Both the position numbers and the translations under genes were made by a program. Below, piece after piece: positions 1-14,190 of a stretch of DNA of 64,000 nt. The stretch covers positions 1-64,000 of the forward strand of contig CBFHFQ010000365.1 in assembly GCA_965655095.1 (NCBI GenBank), written 5' to 3'. This stretch comes from Haplodiscus bocki. Taxonomy: Eukaryota. Position 1 is the first letter of the stretch. The number at the start of each line of letters is the position of its first letter. The notes beneath the pieces are model-generated. The model was not told the DNA's origin. It worked only from the letters and a program-made list of their open reading frames with translations, and did no database searches.

Positions 1-48
1 GTACTTTTGAAACGCTTGTTCTCCTCTTCCTCAAATCAGACAGGCTAG

Positions 49-98
49 ACTAGCTACAGTATAGTGGATAGAATTTTGTTTGAAGAAGATCGTCTCAG
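49..98 (+). CDS. Possible short internal exon of the sulfotransferase-like gene (TSYSIVDRILFEEDRL)
   Basis: Pyrimidine tract plus TAG acceptor at 46-48, open frame, AG|GTACT donor at 98/99. It ends in phase 2, matching the phase of the acceptor at 2528/2529. Confidence 0.3.
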
Positions 99-879
99 GT
101 ACTTAGTATAATTCTCTTGTATGTACACTTTTAGAATACTTAGACCAATTTTTTACAGCACCAAAAAGACTACTTTATACCAAATATACGGAATACCTAC
201 CTTGCTTCACACGGTTCACATAGAAAGAGAGAGAATGATTTTTGTCTGAAACAACACTGTATAAACGGCGCAGACAAATTCGCATGAAATAGCAAGAAAC
301 TTTACCTGCGGCCCGTTTGTATTTTGGCCCCATATGTTGTTTCTTGGTGTTGTAGGTAAATTTCGCTGAAACCACGGTCATTTTTATCTGAGGTTTAGAA
401 AATAGGACATAAAGCTTGCCTACTGTTCAGGAACTTCTGCCTGAGAGACGCAGGTAAATATACCAGAAAAGGCAAGGAAATCGCAGGGATTTTATCAAGT
501 TTCTTGAAGAAAAACTAGTTTTTCTAAGTTCTCCAAGAGTTATGACTAGTTCTAGATTCGCAAACTGGTTGATAACAAAAGTCAAGATGTTTACTTGAAC
601 ATTTCCCTTTTAGGAAGGAACGTCGAGAAGTACTCTTTGTTGGCAATATGTCTGAAGTTTGGCTCTAAAATGTATTATTTGCATGTTAGGTTTTCGAGAA
701 AAACAGTCTTGTGCGATTGAAACATGCGTTTCCGCTGAAACTATGAAAGAATTGCAAAAGGCATGCTCGAAATAAAAAAATAGCCTACCAGGAATTGAGT
801 CGTTGATTCCATGACAAAAAGTCATAGTTGTACTCTCTAAACGCCCCTGAATACGCTATAGTAATGCCTCAAGAGATGT

Positions 880-1145
880 TCTGACGGGCCGCATGTAAAT
901 TCCGCGGGTGACTCGCGGAAACCGCAGGTAAGCAATACCTGCGCAAAATCTAATCTGTATGCGCAGAAGCATTTACCTGCAGAAGCATTTAACTGCTGCC
1001 GCCTCAAGTATTTTCACCTGAACGGTTTTTAAAGTGAAGCTTATCCCAATGTGCAGAATTCATAAAATTCTCTTTTAGCAGGTAGTAAATTTGCTTGAGA
1101 AACGAAAGCCCTTTCTGCTTATACTTCGTTAAAATTGTCCGGGTG
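880..1145. repeat. Dispersed non-coding repeat, TTACCTGC/GCAGGTAA-rich (MITE-like)
   Basis: gcggaaaccgcaggtaagcaatacctgcgcaaa (915-947) recurs at ~12265-12297. Related motif-rich tracts lie at ~290-470, 4267-4800 and 6039-6450. Confidence 0.5.
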
Positions 1146-2528
1146 CAATTTGTAGAACCTCATGTCAACACCACTTGAATTTCCATTTCTTCTCATTGTT
1201 TTTTTCAAATTTTCCAATTTTTTTTCTTTTTTTCCATTCCTTGCTTGGCAGATTGTATTGTGGCAGCATACCTGGTGATATGTTGCATGCTGGCCTGCTA
1301 GGAAAGGAAAAATTCAAAAATGCTTCTATCCAAAGACGCTGGAGAGATGAGTTCAAAATAGACTGTACTAGAAAACACATAGCCACGTTCCTGACGAGGT
1401 CGCAAACATTCGATTTCTGGGAGAAGGCATGAGAAGTCAACTTCACTACTCTATGGGAGCGACAAAACGTGAAAAAGTGTAGTACCGTATCAGAACGTGG
1501 AGTACAGCCCGGAATCGTGTTCTTGAATTTCTCCCCTTTTGAGGCTGAAAGCTGAAACCCATTAGATTTGCTAAAACTCCTGGAGCTAGAGTTTTCACAC
1601 CAAAACTGAAACTTTGTTGATTTGTGTTGTTAATTTGTATTTTAGCGATGTATGTCTGGAGGAAAATTTGGCGTCCTTTTTTTTCATTTTATGAATGCAG
1701 ACTTTAGGTCCTAAATCCACCAAAGTAGGACTCATAGTTTTAACAGGAAAGTGACTAGGACTGGGTTAGAGGCTTAACCTAGGGCCACTGAATCGACCAT
1801 AATCCTTGCCAAATTGCCTCCGCCCAACGAACGCCTCAAAGAAATCAAGGATTTTGAAATTTCACAGTTCTGAGGACCAGGCGGACTTTCTGTGGTCCCG
1901 CAACTAGAAATGTGATGTCCCAATGACTAATTCGTTACAAAGGGAGGTTTTTATCCTAAAACAGTAGCAGATTGATCTAGCAATACAATTTTAAGCCATC
2001 TTTTACCTTTAACACATTGTTGCGTAATCGATGTCAGCCTTGGTTTCCCTCATTTTCAAAGAAATACCAAATGGATCTTAATTTTAATCCATAAAAACGT
2101 GGTCAGTGGAAAGGAATTTTTCCATTTAGCTTGACAAGTTAAAAGTACAGCGTGTTCATCTCGAGGACTAGAGGACTGTGTCTTAGAATTTTCCACAGAA
2201 GATTTCGCTATATACTCAAGCAAATTTACCTGGGGAGCCATTCACTTCCGGCAACCAATAGAATCTTCAGTAAGACATTCAGACTCTGTGCTGTTGGGAA
2301 AAGATTCTATTATTCTAATTATGCCAAAAAATCATCCTTGCGCTCTAGCTGAATAAATTGACTAGAATCCATTACATCTTTACTTAAATTTCGACTTCTC
2401 CTCTCTTAAAATTATAAATCTCCTTCAATGGAAGGGAAACAGCGCACGTATCAGTTCTACTGTGTAATTTGACAGAAACTATTGTTCTTTTTTTTCATGA
2501 GACTGTAGATTTTTCAGTTTCTTTTCAG

Positions 2529-2799
2529 CAGAGAATTGGTTCAACGTCTGAAGTTACATCACAAGGTTGTCAAACTGGACGAGATGATTACAAACCCGCG
2601 ACCTGTTGTCCTCGAACTGTGCGCCTTTTTCGATCTTCAATGTTTTCCAGCCTATGTAGATCAAGTTATTGCAGGATTATTCACTGAACCCAATCCTACC
2701 AGAAGAGGAATCGACTGGACTCCTGACCTCATAGAAGCAGTGGAAAAGATGAAAAGAGACTTTCCCGATTACTTTTTCGGATCACATATGTTTTCTTAA
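2529..2799 (+). CDS. Terminal exon of a probable sulfotransferase-family protein
   Basis: TTTTCAG acceptor ends at 2528. Translation RELVQRLKLHHKVVKLDEMITNPRPVVLELCAFFDLQCFPAYV..LFTEPNPTRRGIDWTP resembles the sulfotransferase C-terminal pattern v.yEdli..P...l..lc.Fl. Stop at 2799, then AATAAA. Confidence 0.62.
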
Positions 2800-2801
2800 C
2801 A

Positions 2802-2807
2802 AATAAA
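2802..2807 (+). promoter_or_regulatory. Candidate polyadenylation signal
   Basis: AATAAA immediately downstream of the TAA stop of the terminal exon. Confidence 0.4.
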
Positions 2808-3039
2808 TATTGAATAATTGGTTCTACTTAGTTTTTTGGAACCCATTAAAAGGTATGAAATGATTATTTAAAACTAAAAGATATTTGAATATTTGTGGTA
2901 AACATTACACAAGGTGATCTTTCAATTTTTTCTTCAAATTTGAACACTCTATATATCTTCCAGCATTGGAAGATCTTCCAACAACAATCTTATATGCAAT
3001 TTAAAAAGAAACCAAATTGTTTGCTGTCAAATTGCAGGC

Positions 3040-4264
3040 ATTTAGGACATTTTAACATTTGACATTTCTCGATCTTCGAACTCATAATTTTTCGTAAATA
3101 CAGACTAGGTGTCTTCCATCAAGTATCAAGATCTCGATCGACAATTTTCCAATCGAAGTCGGACTCGGAAAATAAAAATTGAATCACTTTGTTCCTTGCG
3201 TGGGAATTTTGACAGTTAGAATTTGCAAAGGTACTTCTTCTTGTTTTAACATTGTTCCGTTATTCCAGCTCAAGTTTCTCTTGAATTGTCGACAAGATTT
3301 CTTCCACCAAGGTCTCTTTCTTGCATTTTTTTGTCAGTAACGTAGTAGATTTCTATGAAAGATTTGGCTTTTTGCATGCGACGCATGATTCTCCAAGAAT
3401 TCCAAAAGGCTATTATTAATGAAAATGTCTCTGTTCGAATGCATATTTCTCCAAAACTACATGCTTGATGACTTCGGAAAAGGTCCTTATCAAAGTATTG
3501 ATACTTTCGGAACAAAAGTGGTTCTAAAAGTTATTTATCCTGTTCCTGCATTTCAATTATGACAGACCAAAAATGACTGAAGCGTTTGTAAGGTGGGATC
3601 AATTTGATTTCGGAACTCATGTTTCTCCAAACCAACCGAATTGTTTCCTTCCTTCCAGTTTCAATCTAAACCGTTCTAGTTGTGCTGGAATAATCCGCTG
3701 AAAATCATTGATTTCTCTCCGTGCATTGGAATACTGATTGACCAATAACTCCACAAAGTGCTGCTAGTCCCAACATAAAAACGTATGCAAACTCAATTTT
3801 CTTCAGCCCTACTTGTTTGTCAATCGATACCCTTTTACTTGACGCGGCCCAATATTTTCTAACTACCATGATGAACAGTAGTTGTGCTCTGGGTTGACCA
3901 AAAGTAGCATAAGTGTATTCGTATTGCGTCTTTCTCGCAAACTATCGCTTTGAATCTTAATACCAATGTCTGAATTGACATTGATATAATTTTAGGTGTC
4001 TCTGAGAACAAAAAATTTGTTATTACGTCCCTCCGATTTGAATCTTGATGCTCCAAAATTGCGAAAGTGTCCATTTAACATTGTTAAATCGTCGATCCTG
4101 AAACTCATAGTTCTCTGATACTACCGGCTTGAATTCTCCCAACAACGTCTCCATCAACATTTTCTAGTCAAAACGGATTTTTTTTCTAACAAAACGTGGT
4201 GTGTGTTCTATCATTATTTGTTTCAGCCAATGGACGGAAAATATTGCAGTGCTACTGCGCCTCT
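3040..4264 (-). mobile_element. Non-autonomous Helentron-like element with degenerate ~175 bp tandem repeats (copy A)
   Basis: Minus strand starts agaggcgcagtagcactgcaatatttt, homologous to 48944 agaggcgcagtcgcgccgcaatatttt. About 6 units follow, such as gatacttgatggaagacacctagtctgtatttacgaaaaattatgagttcgaagatcgag. Confidence 0.6.
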
Positions 4265-4266
4265 GC

Positions 4267-4800
4267 ACAGTAAAACTGACGCGTGGAGAATTACCTGCAA
4301 ATCCAAGTGATTTTCCTTGCAAGTTGCAAGTTAAAAAGCCCCAGACTTAGTTTACATGCGTCACCTGCGGTTTACCTGTGAAAACGGGTAACTTTACAAG
4401 TATTTTTATATGCACAACTCATGTAAATGTTGTAACGACTGGAATTCAAATTTGCCTGCTTTCCAAGCAAAAATACCTGCAATTTGCCAGCACAAAGACT
4501 CGCACTTCGCACTTGCAGGAAAACCTAACTTTTTTTGCAGGCAATCTGCTGTCACAACGTGGTTATATTCACCTGCAAGTTACAGGCAATTTAGTTTGCA
4601 TTCTGCAGTTGAGGTAACCAGCAACTTGGGCGCCCCATTACGTAAAGTCTGCATGAAGTGCTTGCCTCACAAACAAAATGCGTGTGAAGTCATTTTGCGT
4701 GCAGCACTCCGCGTGTAAAATCGCACGTTTTTGCAGGTAATTCAAACATTGTCAAAAAACTAGCACTTGTTGCAAGCAAAAGATATTGAAAGACGCCCTT
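4267..4800. repeat. TTACCTGC-rich MITE-like repeat starting CACAGTAAAA, abutting the terminus of copy A
   Basis: Many ttacctgc/gcaggtaa/ttgcaag motifs; begins 2 bp from the end of the previous element. Right end not resolved. Confidence 0.45.
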
Positions 4801-5419
4801 ACATAAGAAGTACAGATGCATTGGCAGGCCAAATACCATCAATCGGTTTCAAAAATATCCTGGAAATAAAATTGGCGGCCCATTGAAAAACAGACAAGAA
4901 TACTGCTCAAATTAACTTCCATTTTTAATTTATGTCGTCGAAAAACACATTTGAGCAATTGTTGCCAATTTCAGTCCGTGCAAGTCTTCACTTATATCTA
5001 AGCAACATTTGAGCGCCAGGTCCAGGTCAAGTATGCATTTCAAAAGGTTCAAGTTTTTTTGGCCTTCACAGACCGTAAACAAAAGTATTGCACCAGGGGG
5101 GCCACTATTCAGCATGAAAATTAACAGGACTGTTTAACATCCTTCAAATCACATGTTTTGCAATGCACGAAGTGGAAAATCAAAACACAATTAACAGAAA
5201 CAATTAAAAACTTCGAAAAAATTGGTTGGTTCTCAGAAGTAATCCCAGAGTTATTTCATCACTTTTTGCGGGAGAGCTAGACGGAAGGATTCCTAAGCAA
5301 AAAAGTTAAAACTGCATCGGGACTCTTAATTGTGCATCGCATAACGGATAAGACACTTCGTCATCCTCTACTTTCATCAAATTTTCAGTTCAAAAGTCTT
5401 GCGTTAAATTTTAGCAAAC

Positions 5420-6000
5420 TCTAATATTATCGTTCTATACGTCATGCCGTTTCAAGTTTTGTCTCCGCAAATTTGAGTTCTCAAATTCTATCATCAAAAC
5501 GGAACCTCAACTGTCTTTTGTTGCGTCTGTTCTGAGAGACGTAACGAAATACCAGGGGAAATTTTGCTGTCAGATTTCAGTACTGTTTGGTCATTATTTG
5601 TCGGCAAATTAGATTGTCGAATTCCTGATGACTGTGTGTGTGGTTGAACCAAAGCGTTCTTCCCTTTATCTAAAATCCAATGATTTTCACAAATTCGGTT
5701 GTGTGAAATCTCATCTAGATTGCATTTTGCTTTCAGGCGGCCTTGAAGCCCAAATCCTACTTTTTCTCGGCAGTTTATTATTTCACTTGATGAAGGGGAA
5801 AATAGAAAAAACAATACAACGGCCATTTCCCAATCAAGGTGGCGATAGTGAAGAATATTTCAGCAAGCTGTTTTTTAGAATAATGGATTGAACAGCCAAC
5901 ATTGAACAGTCCAAATTTTTCGAGGAGAAGGGCAATTTTCAAGTGTTTACAGTTGACTTCAACGGCAGCAATTGGTTATTGTGATAAAGTTAATTGGTGC
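5420..6000 (-). repeat. Further decayed units of the ~175 bp repeat family
   Basis: Minus-strand motifs ttgatgatagaatttgag..gcggagacaaaacttgaaac, accttgattggga and aaaatttggactgttc resemble units in 49000-53500. Confidence 0.35.
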
Positions 6001-6038
6001 GGGATAAAGTAAAAGTTCCCTAAATTTGAAAAAGTTCA

Positions 6039-6450
6039 CCCTGACACGCACAAATACAATTCACGTAAATTACCTGCTGGCGCAGATAGCTTTTCGCCGC
6101 AGGCAATCGTTACCTGCGCAAAATTTTGGCTACAACCGCAAGTATTTTTACCCGCGGAGCAGTTTACCTGCGGCCGCTGCAGATAATTTTTCTCGCGCCA
6201 GTTTACAGTGTCCTTTGGCATTTTTTCACATCCGATACATTTCGAAAGAATCTGAATGGGGAAATTTTCTATTTTTGAAATTACACACATTTGTTCGACT
6301 AAAACTGCAAGTTCCAGGCTCCAATCTCTCTTGTTCAGTTTTTCACAAATTGCCAAGCGAAGGAGAAATTCAGCAAATGCCAAAAATGGGGCTCGAGCGA
6401 ATGAATTTTTGCTTGGAGTTTTTGCCCGGAAAACCCAAAATATGAAAATT
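6039..6450. repeat. TTACCTGC-rich MITE-like repeat (duplicated at ~12197-12625)
   Basis: Begins ccctgacacgc; repeated ttacctgc motifs shared with 880-1145. Confidence 0.45.
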
Positions 6451-7621
6451 TCTTGGATGAATGACTTATAAATTGCGTTTCAAACCATCAACTATTACTC
6501 ATGGGGAAGATTAAGCGAGTTCGTAGGTTTCATTGCTGAGGAAGAAATCCTCGGCGCGAAATTTGCGAGTTATGGCAAATTTTTGGTCAAATTTTTCTTC
6601 AAATTTCAGCTTTGAATGGCGTCTTTCTGTCAGCCCTCCATCTGCAAGTGAACGATGAAGGAGTTTTCTTTCCTGTTGACATTTCGTCAGTTTCCTTTGT
6701 AAAAGCGAGAAACAACCTATCTTAGAGTCAAAACGCCGGTCTAAGCGAGTGTATAGCTTGAAGACGGTATTTCATATGCTCGAACGAGCTGAACTTCTTT
6801 CGGTTAGTTCCTTCACGCATTTAATTAGTTCTTCAATGTGGGACGACAATGGTGGAACAAACGCATTGATCCTTCAGTCAACATCGTTGGATGTCAATCT
6901 TCCTTCTAATTTATGCTTTGCCAGATTGCTTATTCCATCAATACCCAATTTCGCAAAGTAGCTTTTGTCTCTACGCTCAAGGAGCTGTTTAATTGGTTTT
7001 CTTCTAGCTTCACCTATCCTAATAATTACAGGTAGAATTTGAGAAGAAGAAACTCGAGGTATGATTGATTGGACTAGGAAGATCAGGTGCACACGGTTTA
7101 TCAAAATGCCTGAGATTTTGAAGAGTAAAACTTTCGTAGTCATTCCATGTTGAGCTATTGACTGAACAAGATAGATCAACGTGTGGCCCAAAAACAATCA
7201 CCCTTGGGTACTGATAGTCGTTGCACCTGTACTGAGTGAATATTACATGTACTCTCAACTGTTTGCGTGAAAAATCTAATACTGTTGATTGCGCCTCAGC
7301 ATATCGTCTCGTTAACGTCGCAAATATGCAGCTTCCGGTTCAGTGGAGTAAAATGTCTACGCTTCATTTACAGTCGATTGTTTCGATAAAATAGCTATTT
7401 TTGGTCGAATTGTTGTTATTTTTTCAAAATAATGTGACAAAAAGTTTAAAACTGTAATTTATCGCTCTACAGTAGACTTTACTACCAGACTACTTTTCAG
7501 TTCCAAAATTAAATTTTCTTACGTCGGAAAGACAAACGACAAAACAGTAATATTGTGTTTCACCTTACAGACTTTCTGCTTTTAGGTTTCTTTCTTTTTC
7601 TAAAGCCTAAGACGGTAGGTT

Positions 7622-10600
7622 GGTAGTCTTGAAACTTTAGACTAACAACGCCAATCCAAACTCACTCATCTTAAATCACTTTTTCCCTCACTATCAAACA
7701 CTCTTACCTCATTTTTAATAAATCCCAGGCGACTTCATGGAGTTTTTCCTTGTCTTTTAAAGTTTCGTTAAAGATAATGAGGAGATTGAGGAAATAAAGG
7801 AATAGAATGAGGTAATTTCAGAGATAAAAAAACAGGAGAAAAGGGAAGATGTGAGGTGGAATGAGTTATTGTTGTTGGCCACTACTTTCTAAGCTACTGA
7901 CAGGGAAATGTTTAGGGCAAGAAAAACAGAAAACTCTCTACCCACGTCAATCCAAGATTATCAGCAAGTAAAAAATTCACTACCCATGTCTACCCAATGT
8001 CAACTTACTGTAAAACTTCATAACTTGTCTCCCTTCCAAGTAATTTATCTTACATTTTTCAAATAAAAATATATTATTGCGTCTTCAAATTTGGGGAAGG
8101 TTAAAAAGACTTATGTTTTTACGCTTAAACAATGCCCAGACCCAGCTTTTACCAACAAAACGTGGTTCGACTTAAATTAGCTAAGCTAAAAATGGTGAAT
8201 AGTAGTCTTCGCGATGTTTATTCTATGAGAATAGAATACCACAGAAGAAGTGATGAACACGTTTTTTCCTAATTTATTATGCTATCAAAAAACTGATGAC
8301 GAAAGATTCGTTTTTGGTTCCCAATCTATGTTTGACTTGCTCAGGAAACGCCTAGGACATTTATCAATGTCTACTTAGAACTTCATGTAACAGAAGACTT
8401 GAGTATTTGTTTTTTCTAGACATGAGATAAAAAACTGAAAAAGAAAATTTAACTAATTGAAAAATCAAACACTCTCATCTGAGGAATGTTTTTATAAACA
8501 TGCTGAAGACCGAATTGAAAAAATGACTAAAATAAAAGTCTCACATTTTTTTGCTGTAGGTGTCCCTTACGTTTACTATGGATTCAGGTTTCACATCACA
8601 AACACCTACTCGAACTCAAAACTACGAATCTGAAAAGACAATTCAATGTTAAACTCATAGAACTGAGAAAACGATTAGTCCGAAAAACAATTGTCGAAAG
8701 AAAATGGAATTTCAGATTGAACAATTAAACAAATTAGGATTGACATGGATATTGACAGTCCAGATGAAAAAAGTATTCCATAAAGACCTCCTAAAGAAAA
8801 TGTCTGACACAATCCAATATCAAAGACTGTTTTGCAATATAACGCGAGGCCGAAAGTAAATTTGATGACGACCACAAAGATAGATTTTTCCACGAAATTG
8901 AAGTATATAACAAATGGAGATCGCAATACAGCTGGTTTGACAGACAAAAATCCTCATCGCTACAAACACAAACTAAAAAAGGAGCCGAACTAGTGGCTAT
9001 TGTACTAACTAGCAGAAAAAAATTACAATATAAAAGGGGTTAGGATTATCGCATTATAAACTAAAATTTTTGAGTTGAAAAGAGAAATAATTTTTTTTGG
9101 AGTTAACGAAAAAACAATAGTGAAACTCATGAAGAATGACGGACAGAGTTTCGAAGATTTGATAGATCATGTAGAAGTGAATTCTTCAACAATATTGCTG
9201 CAAATTAGTTTTACAATTTGGATTATATTCAGAAGAGAAAAACTAAAACACCAGGAATTGAAACAAACGATTCGAATGAAAAGAGAAGTAAAGAAATTGT
9301 TTTTCAAAAATGGGAGATTATCTTCTGTGGAGGAGCTTTCGAATGCATTTAAAAAAGAAAACTTTTAGAAAAAAACGCTGCAGAGTTTCAAAAGATTTGA
9401 TATGCCACGAACAAATGTATCATTGGAATACGACAACTTTATAGACAAATATAGCAAAACTCCTATAAATTTTTGGAGATAAAGGTTCATTTGGTAGTTC
9501 TGATGATGCAGATGAAGCACTAAAGTTACTTTAACTGTCGAAAAAAGACGAAGAAGGGATATTGGCCAAAATTCAGAAATGGAAACAGACAGATGATATC
9601 CTTTAATCGTTTTATTATTTCTTAAAGCAAAAAAACCACAATGAATATAAAAAATACAGAAGTACGACATAAACTAGGAGTCAACATTGATATAAACAAC
9701 AGACATAGTAAGTTTAAAAAATTTTGGTTTTGTAAAACTTCATCCAACTAAACGCACATATTGGGTCGCATACATCAGGTTTGAAAAGGTTTTGTTTCAT
9801 TTGATCGCCCTCAACCAAAGGTAAAAACTGACTTTCTGATCCGAAGAAATGAAAAGTTTTTTTTTCAAAATTAATATCAAGAAAGAAATATGTACTCAGC
9901 AGCCTATTGTTTATATATTATATACAAAAGAAAAAGTAGAAAGTTGGATTTCGAATCAGTACTTTAACAATTACATTAGAATGAAATTGATTAGAGTAAA
10001 AACAAAAAAAAAGATAACAGCGTGATAAAAGCAACAGTCAAAAATTGTTGTTCAAAAATAAAAAAGGTGAATATAACGAAAAATGGTTGGATGAAACCAA
10101 AACGAAACAAATATCAAAAAATACAGATGAGCGTACAACAGCTAATTTTTCTTTGCAAGTGATGGAAAAACTGAAGTTGAAAAATAAAAGTAATGACAAA
10201 AGACGGACAAACTTTTTCTAAGTTATGATAAATCAAGTAGAAGAGAGTTCTATAACAATGCTCCTTCCAAAAATAAGTAGCACGATTTAAGTTGTTTTCA
10301 GACGAAAAAAAACTGAGACAAGAACAATTGAAAAAACTGATCTGCATGAAAAAGAACTTTTTTATGATTGAGAGAGTATCTTCGTTCATTTTATTACCTT
10401 TCAAAAGAAAAAAAATACATCACATTAAAAAAACAGAAGTACTGCAGAAATGAAGATAAGACAATGATCTATACATCAGAGATGGTAAAATTAAAAGAAC
10501 ATAGGTTTTGTAATCGTTCATTCAATTGGAGGCAGACATTGATTCGCATAAACAAATGAAAATGGTTTGTTACATCTGATTGTCCTACAGCAAATGCTTT

Positions 10601-11930
10601 AACTGACTTTCCAACTAGATTTAGTTCTTCAAAAATAGAAAAAAGGGGAAAAAACATATACTATGCAGTGTATCACTTATAAATTGCTTAACTGACAAAA
10701 AGTTGTAAAAAGTTTTTCAATCGAAGTTCTTACATTCAAATCTTAACAAAATTACCACTGGGAAAGACAAATTTGACAACAGTGTTAGGTACGTGAAAAT
10801 CAAAAAAATAATAGCAAAATTGAAAGTAGTGCTTTTGTGAACAGCGAGAAAAATTTTTTTCCCAGCAATTATATGATAAAACTTTTATCGAGCAAACACT
10901 TGAAGGCTAATAATTATTAACGAACAAAATATCCTCGTTTGTGAATTCAAAAAAATTTGATGTTTTTATTGAGCAAACTGAGTTACAGGAAGTTTTATGT
11001 TTTCAAACAGATAAACCAAAGGATTTTTGCGAGTTTGGTATACTTATAAAGTGATTGGAGGAAAAACGGATGATATATTTAACACGTTTTGAGGTAAATG
11101 TTTTCATTTGAAAGATAACAGAAGAAAGATATAATTTTAAATTTCAAGTGACATAACATTGAGAAAAACCTGGACCTAATAACGGAGTAAAAACAGTTTT
11201 CTAGACAAAAGAACTCGAAATTCAAACGATAGCGAAAAACTAGTTCTAAAATCTAACATATATTTAGCGCATCCTTAACTGGCTGCTAGAAAACAAATAT
11301 CGGCGGGATTAGGAAGAGAAATCATTATATTGAGTTTATGGGTTTTTAGAATGGTTTCAACAATTGACGAATTTGTATTTTTTTTGTAAGTTCAAGCAAT
11401 ATAACCAATTATATAAATTTTTTCTTTTACCAGCTGGAAAATTTGAACAAACTGATATTGATAACACTTTGACATCAGGTTTAGCAATTAGCAAAAACGA
11501 AAATTATTTGAAAGTATTTTTATATGTGAAATCTACAGAGACTGAATTTTGAAACTTGTCAGTAAATCATTCTTCGATTCATTATCAGGACATATAAGGA
11601 AGAAGTAGGCATTAGCAAAAGATATTAGTTGGAAACATGTTTTAATCACTGGAGAAGATAAAGTTCTTTTGAAATGTGATGGTTTGACCGGAAATTTTGT
11701 ACAACGAATCAGACAACCTATCCTGTACATTTTTCTAAAAGTGAAACCAGTTGATTATGAATTATGACGTAGTTTCACTAATGCAAAAATGTACAGAAGA
11801 GGTGGTCTGATTTTTTTGTACAGAAGTTCCAGCAAAACAATCACATTTCAAAACAACTTTATCCCAAGTTTTCGGAAGATTATCCGTTGATAACGGGATA
11901 GCACTTTTTAGAGATTGACGAGAAAAATAG
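7622..11930 (+). mobile_element. Duplicated left arm of the Maverick (terminus, protease and first penton remnants), truncated at the duplication junction
   Basis: Copy of 13797-18090; contains VKLHPTKRTYWVAY (~9732) and LLPAGKFEQTDIDNTL..DKVLLKCDG (~11420-11690). Confidence 0.85.
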
Positions 11931-13796
11931 AGTTTATTATTCACTCGACAAGGGGGAAAATAGGAAAAACTATATGACGGCCAATTACCAATCAAGGTGA
12001 TGATAGTGAAGAATGTTTCAGCAAGCTGTTTTTTTGGATAATGGATTGAACAGCCAACATTGAACAGTCCAACTTTTTTGAGGAGAAGGGCAATTTTTAA
12101 GTGCTTACGCTTGACTTCAACGGCAGCAATTGGTTATTGTGATAAAGCTAATTAGTGCGGGCTAAAGTAAAATTTCCCTAAATTTGAAAAAGTCCACCCT
12201 GACACGCACAAACACAATTCACGTAAATTACCTGCGGGCGCAGATAACTTTCCGCCAGTTACCTGCGGAAACCGCAGGCAATCGTTACCTGCGCAAACTT
12301 TTGCCTACAACTGCAAGTATTTTTACCCGCAGAGCAGTTTACCTGCGGCCGCTGCAGATAATTTTTCTCGCGCCAGTTTACAGTGTCCTTTGGCATTTTT
12401 TCACATCCGATACATTTCGAAAGAATCTGAATGGGGAAATTTTCTATTTTTGAAATTACACACATTTCTTCGACTAAAACTGCAAGTTCCAGGCTCCAAT
12501 CTCTCTTGTTCAGTTTTTCACAAATTGCCAAGCGAAGGAGAAATTCAGCAAATGCCAAAAATGGGGCTCGAGCGAATGAATTTTTGCTTGGAGTTTTTGC
12601 CCGGAAAACCCAAAATATGAAAATTTCTTGGATGAATGACTTATAAATTGCGTTTCAAACCATCAACTATTACTCATGGGGAAGATTAAGCGAGTTCGTA
12701 GGTTTCATTGCTGAGGAAGAAATCCTCGGCGCGAAATTTGCGAGTTATGGCAAATTTTTGGTCAAATTTTTCTTCAAATTTCAGCTTTGAATGGCGTCTT
12801 TCTGTCAGCCCTCCATCTGCAAGTGAACGATGAAGGAGTTTTCTTTCCTGTTGACATTTCGTCAGTTTCCTTTGTAAAAGCGAGAAACAACCTATCTTAG
12901 AGTCAAAACGCCGGTCTAAGCGAGTGTATAGCTTGAAGACGGTATTTCATATGCTCGAACGAGCTGAACTTCTTTCGGTTAGTTCCTTCACGCATTTAAT
13001 TAGTTCTTCAATGTGGGACGACAATGGTGGAACAAACGCATTGATCCTTCAGTCAACATCGTTGGATGTCAATCTTCCTTCTAATTTATGCTTTGCCAGA
13101 TTGCTTATTCCATCAATACCCAATTTCGCAAAGTAGCTTTTGTCTCTACGCTCAAGGAGCTGTTTAATTGGTTTTCTTCTAGCTTCACCTATCCTAATAA
13201 TTACAGGTAGAATTTGAGAAGAAGAAACTCGAGGTATGATTGATTGGACTAGGAAGATCAGGTGCACACGGTTTATCAAAATGCCTGAGATTTTGAAGAG
13301 TAAAACTTTCGTAGTCATTCCATGTTGAGCTATTGACTGAACAAGATAGATCAACGTGTGGCCCAAAAACAATCACCCTTGGGTACTGATAGTCGTTGCA
13401 CCTGTACTGAGTGAATATTACATGTACTCTCAACTGTTTGCGTGAAAAATCTAATACTGTTGATTGCGCCTCAGCATATCGTCTCGTTAACGTCGCAAAT
13501 ATGCAGCTTCCGGTTCAGTGGAGTAAAATGTCTACGCTTCATTTACAGTCGATTGTTTCGATAAAATAGCTATTTTTGGTCGAATTGTTGTTATTTTTTC
13601 AAAATAATGTGACAAAAAGTTTAAAACTGTAATTTATCGCTCTACAGTAGACTTTACTACCAGACTACTTTTCAGTTCCAAAATTAAATTTTCTTACGTC
13701 GGAAAGACAAACAACAAAACAGTAATATTGTGTTTCACCTTACAGACTTTCTGCTTTCAGGTTTCTTTCCTTTTTTAAAGCCTAAGACGGTAGGTT

Positions 13797-14190
13797 GGTA
13801 GTCTTGAAACTTTAGACTAACAACGCCAATCCAAACTCACTCATCTTAAATCACTTTTTCCCTCACTATCAAACACTCTTACCTCATTTTTAATAAATCC
13901 CAGGCGACTTCATGGAGTTTTTCCTTGTCTTTTAAAGTTTCGTTAAAGATAATGAGGAGATTGAGGAAATAAAGGAATAGAATGAGGTAATTTCAGAGAT
14001 AAAAAAACAGGAGAAAAGGGAAGATGTGAGGTGGAATGAGTTATTGTTGTTGGCCACTACTTTCTAAGCTACTGACAGGGAAATGTTTAGGGCAAGAAAA
14101 ACAGAAAACTCTCTACCCACGTCAATCCAAGATTATCAGCAAGTAAAAAATTCACTACCCATGTCTACCCAATGTCAACTTACTGTAAAA
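13797..14190. repeat. Left terminal repeat of the Maverick (unit U 13797-14073 plus inner inverted segment 14074-14190); second copy at 7622-8015
   Basis: Arms ggtagtcttgaaactttagactaacaac and gttgttggccactactttctaagctact are imperfect reverse complements. The inner segment aagtaaaaaattcactacccatgtctacccaatgtca matches the reverse complement of 29835-29870. Confidence 0.8.

Larger units (their letters stand above)
5771..11930 (+). repeat. Tandem segmental duplication, copy 1 (~6.16 kb)
   Basis: Collinear with 11931-18090; identical ORFs appear at a +6175 offset (e.g. 6749 vs 12924, 6874 vs 13049). Junction lies at aaaaatagagtttattat (~11930). Confidence 0.95.

Noticed and set aside
6026-7258. 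Longer ORFs in the track (139, 115, 107 aa) and their duplicates as genes
   Set aside because: They overlap on both strands within repeat sequence, and their recurrence reflects the segmental duplication rather than conservation.
13785-13800. 6 bp target-site duplication of the Maverick
   Set aside because: The ends are too decayed; no matching flank found near 30171.
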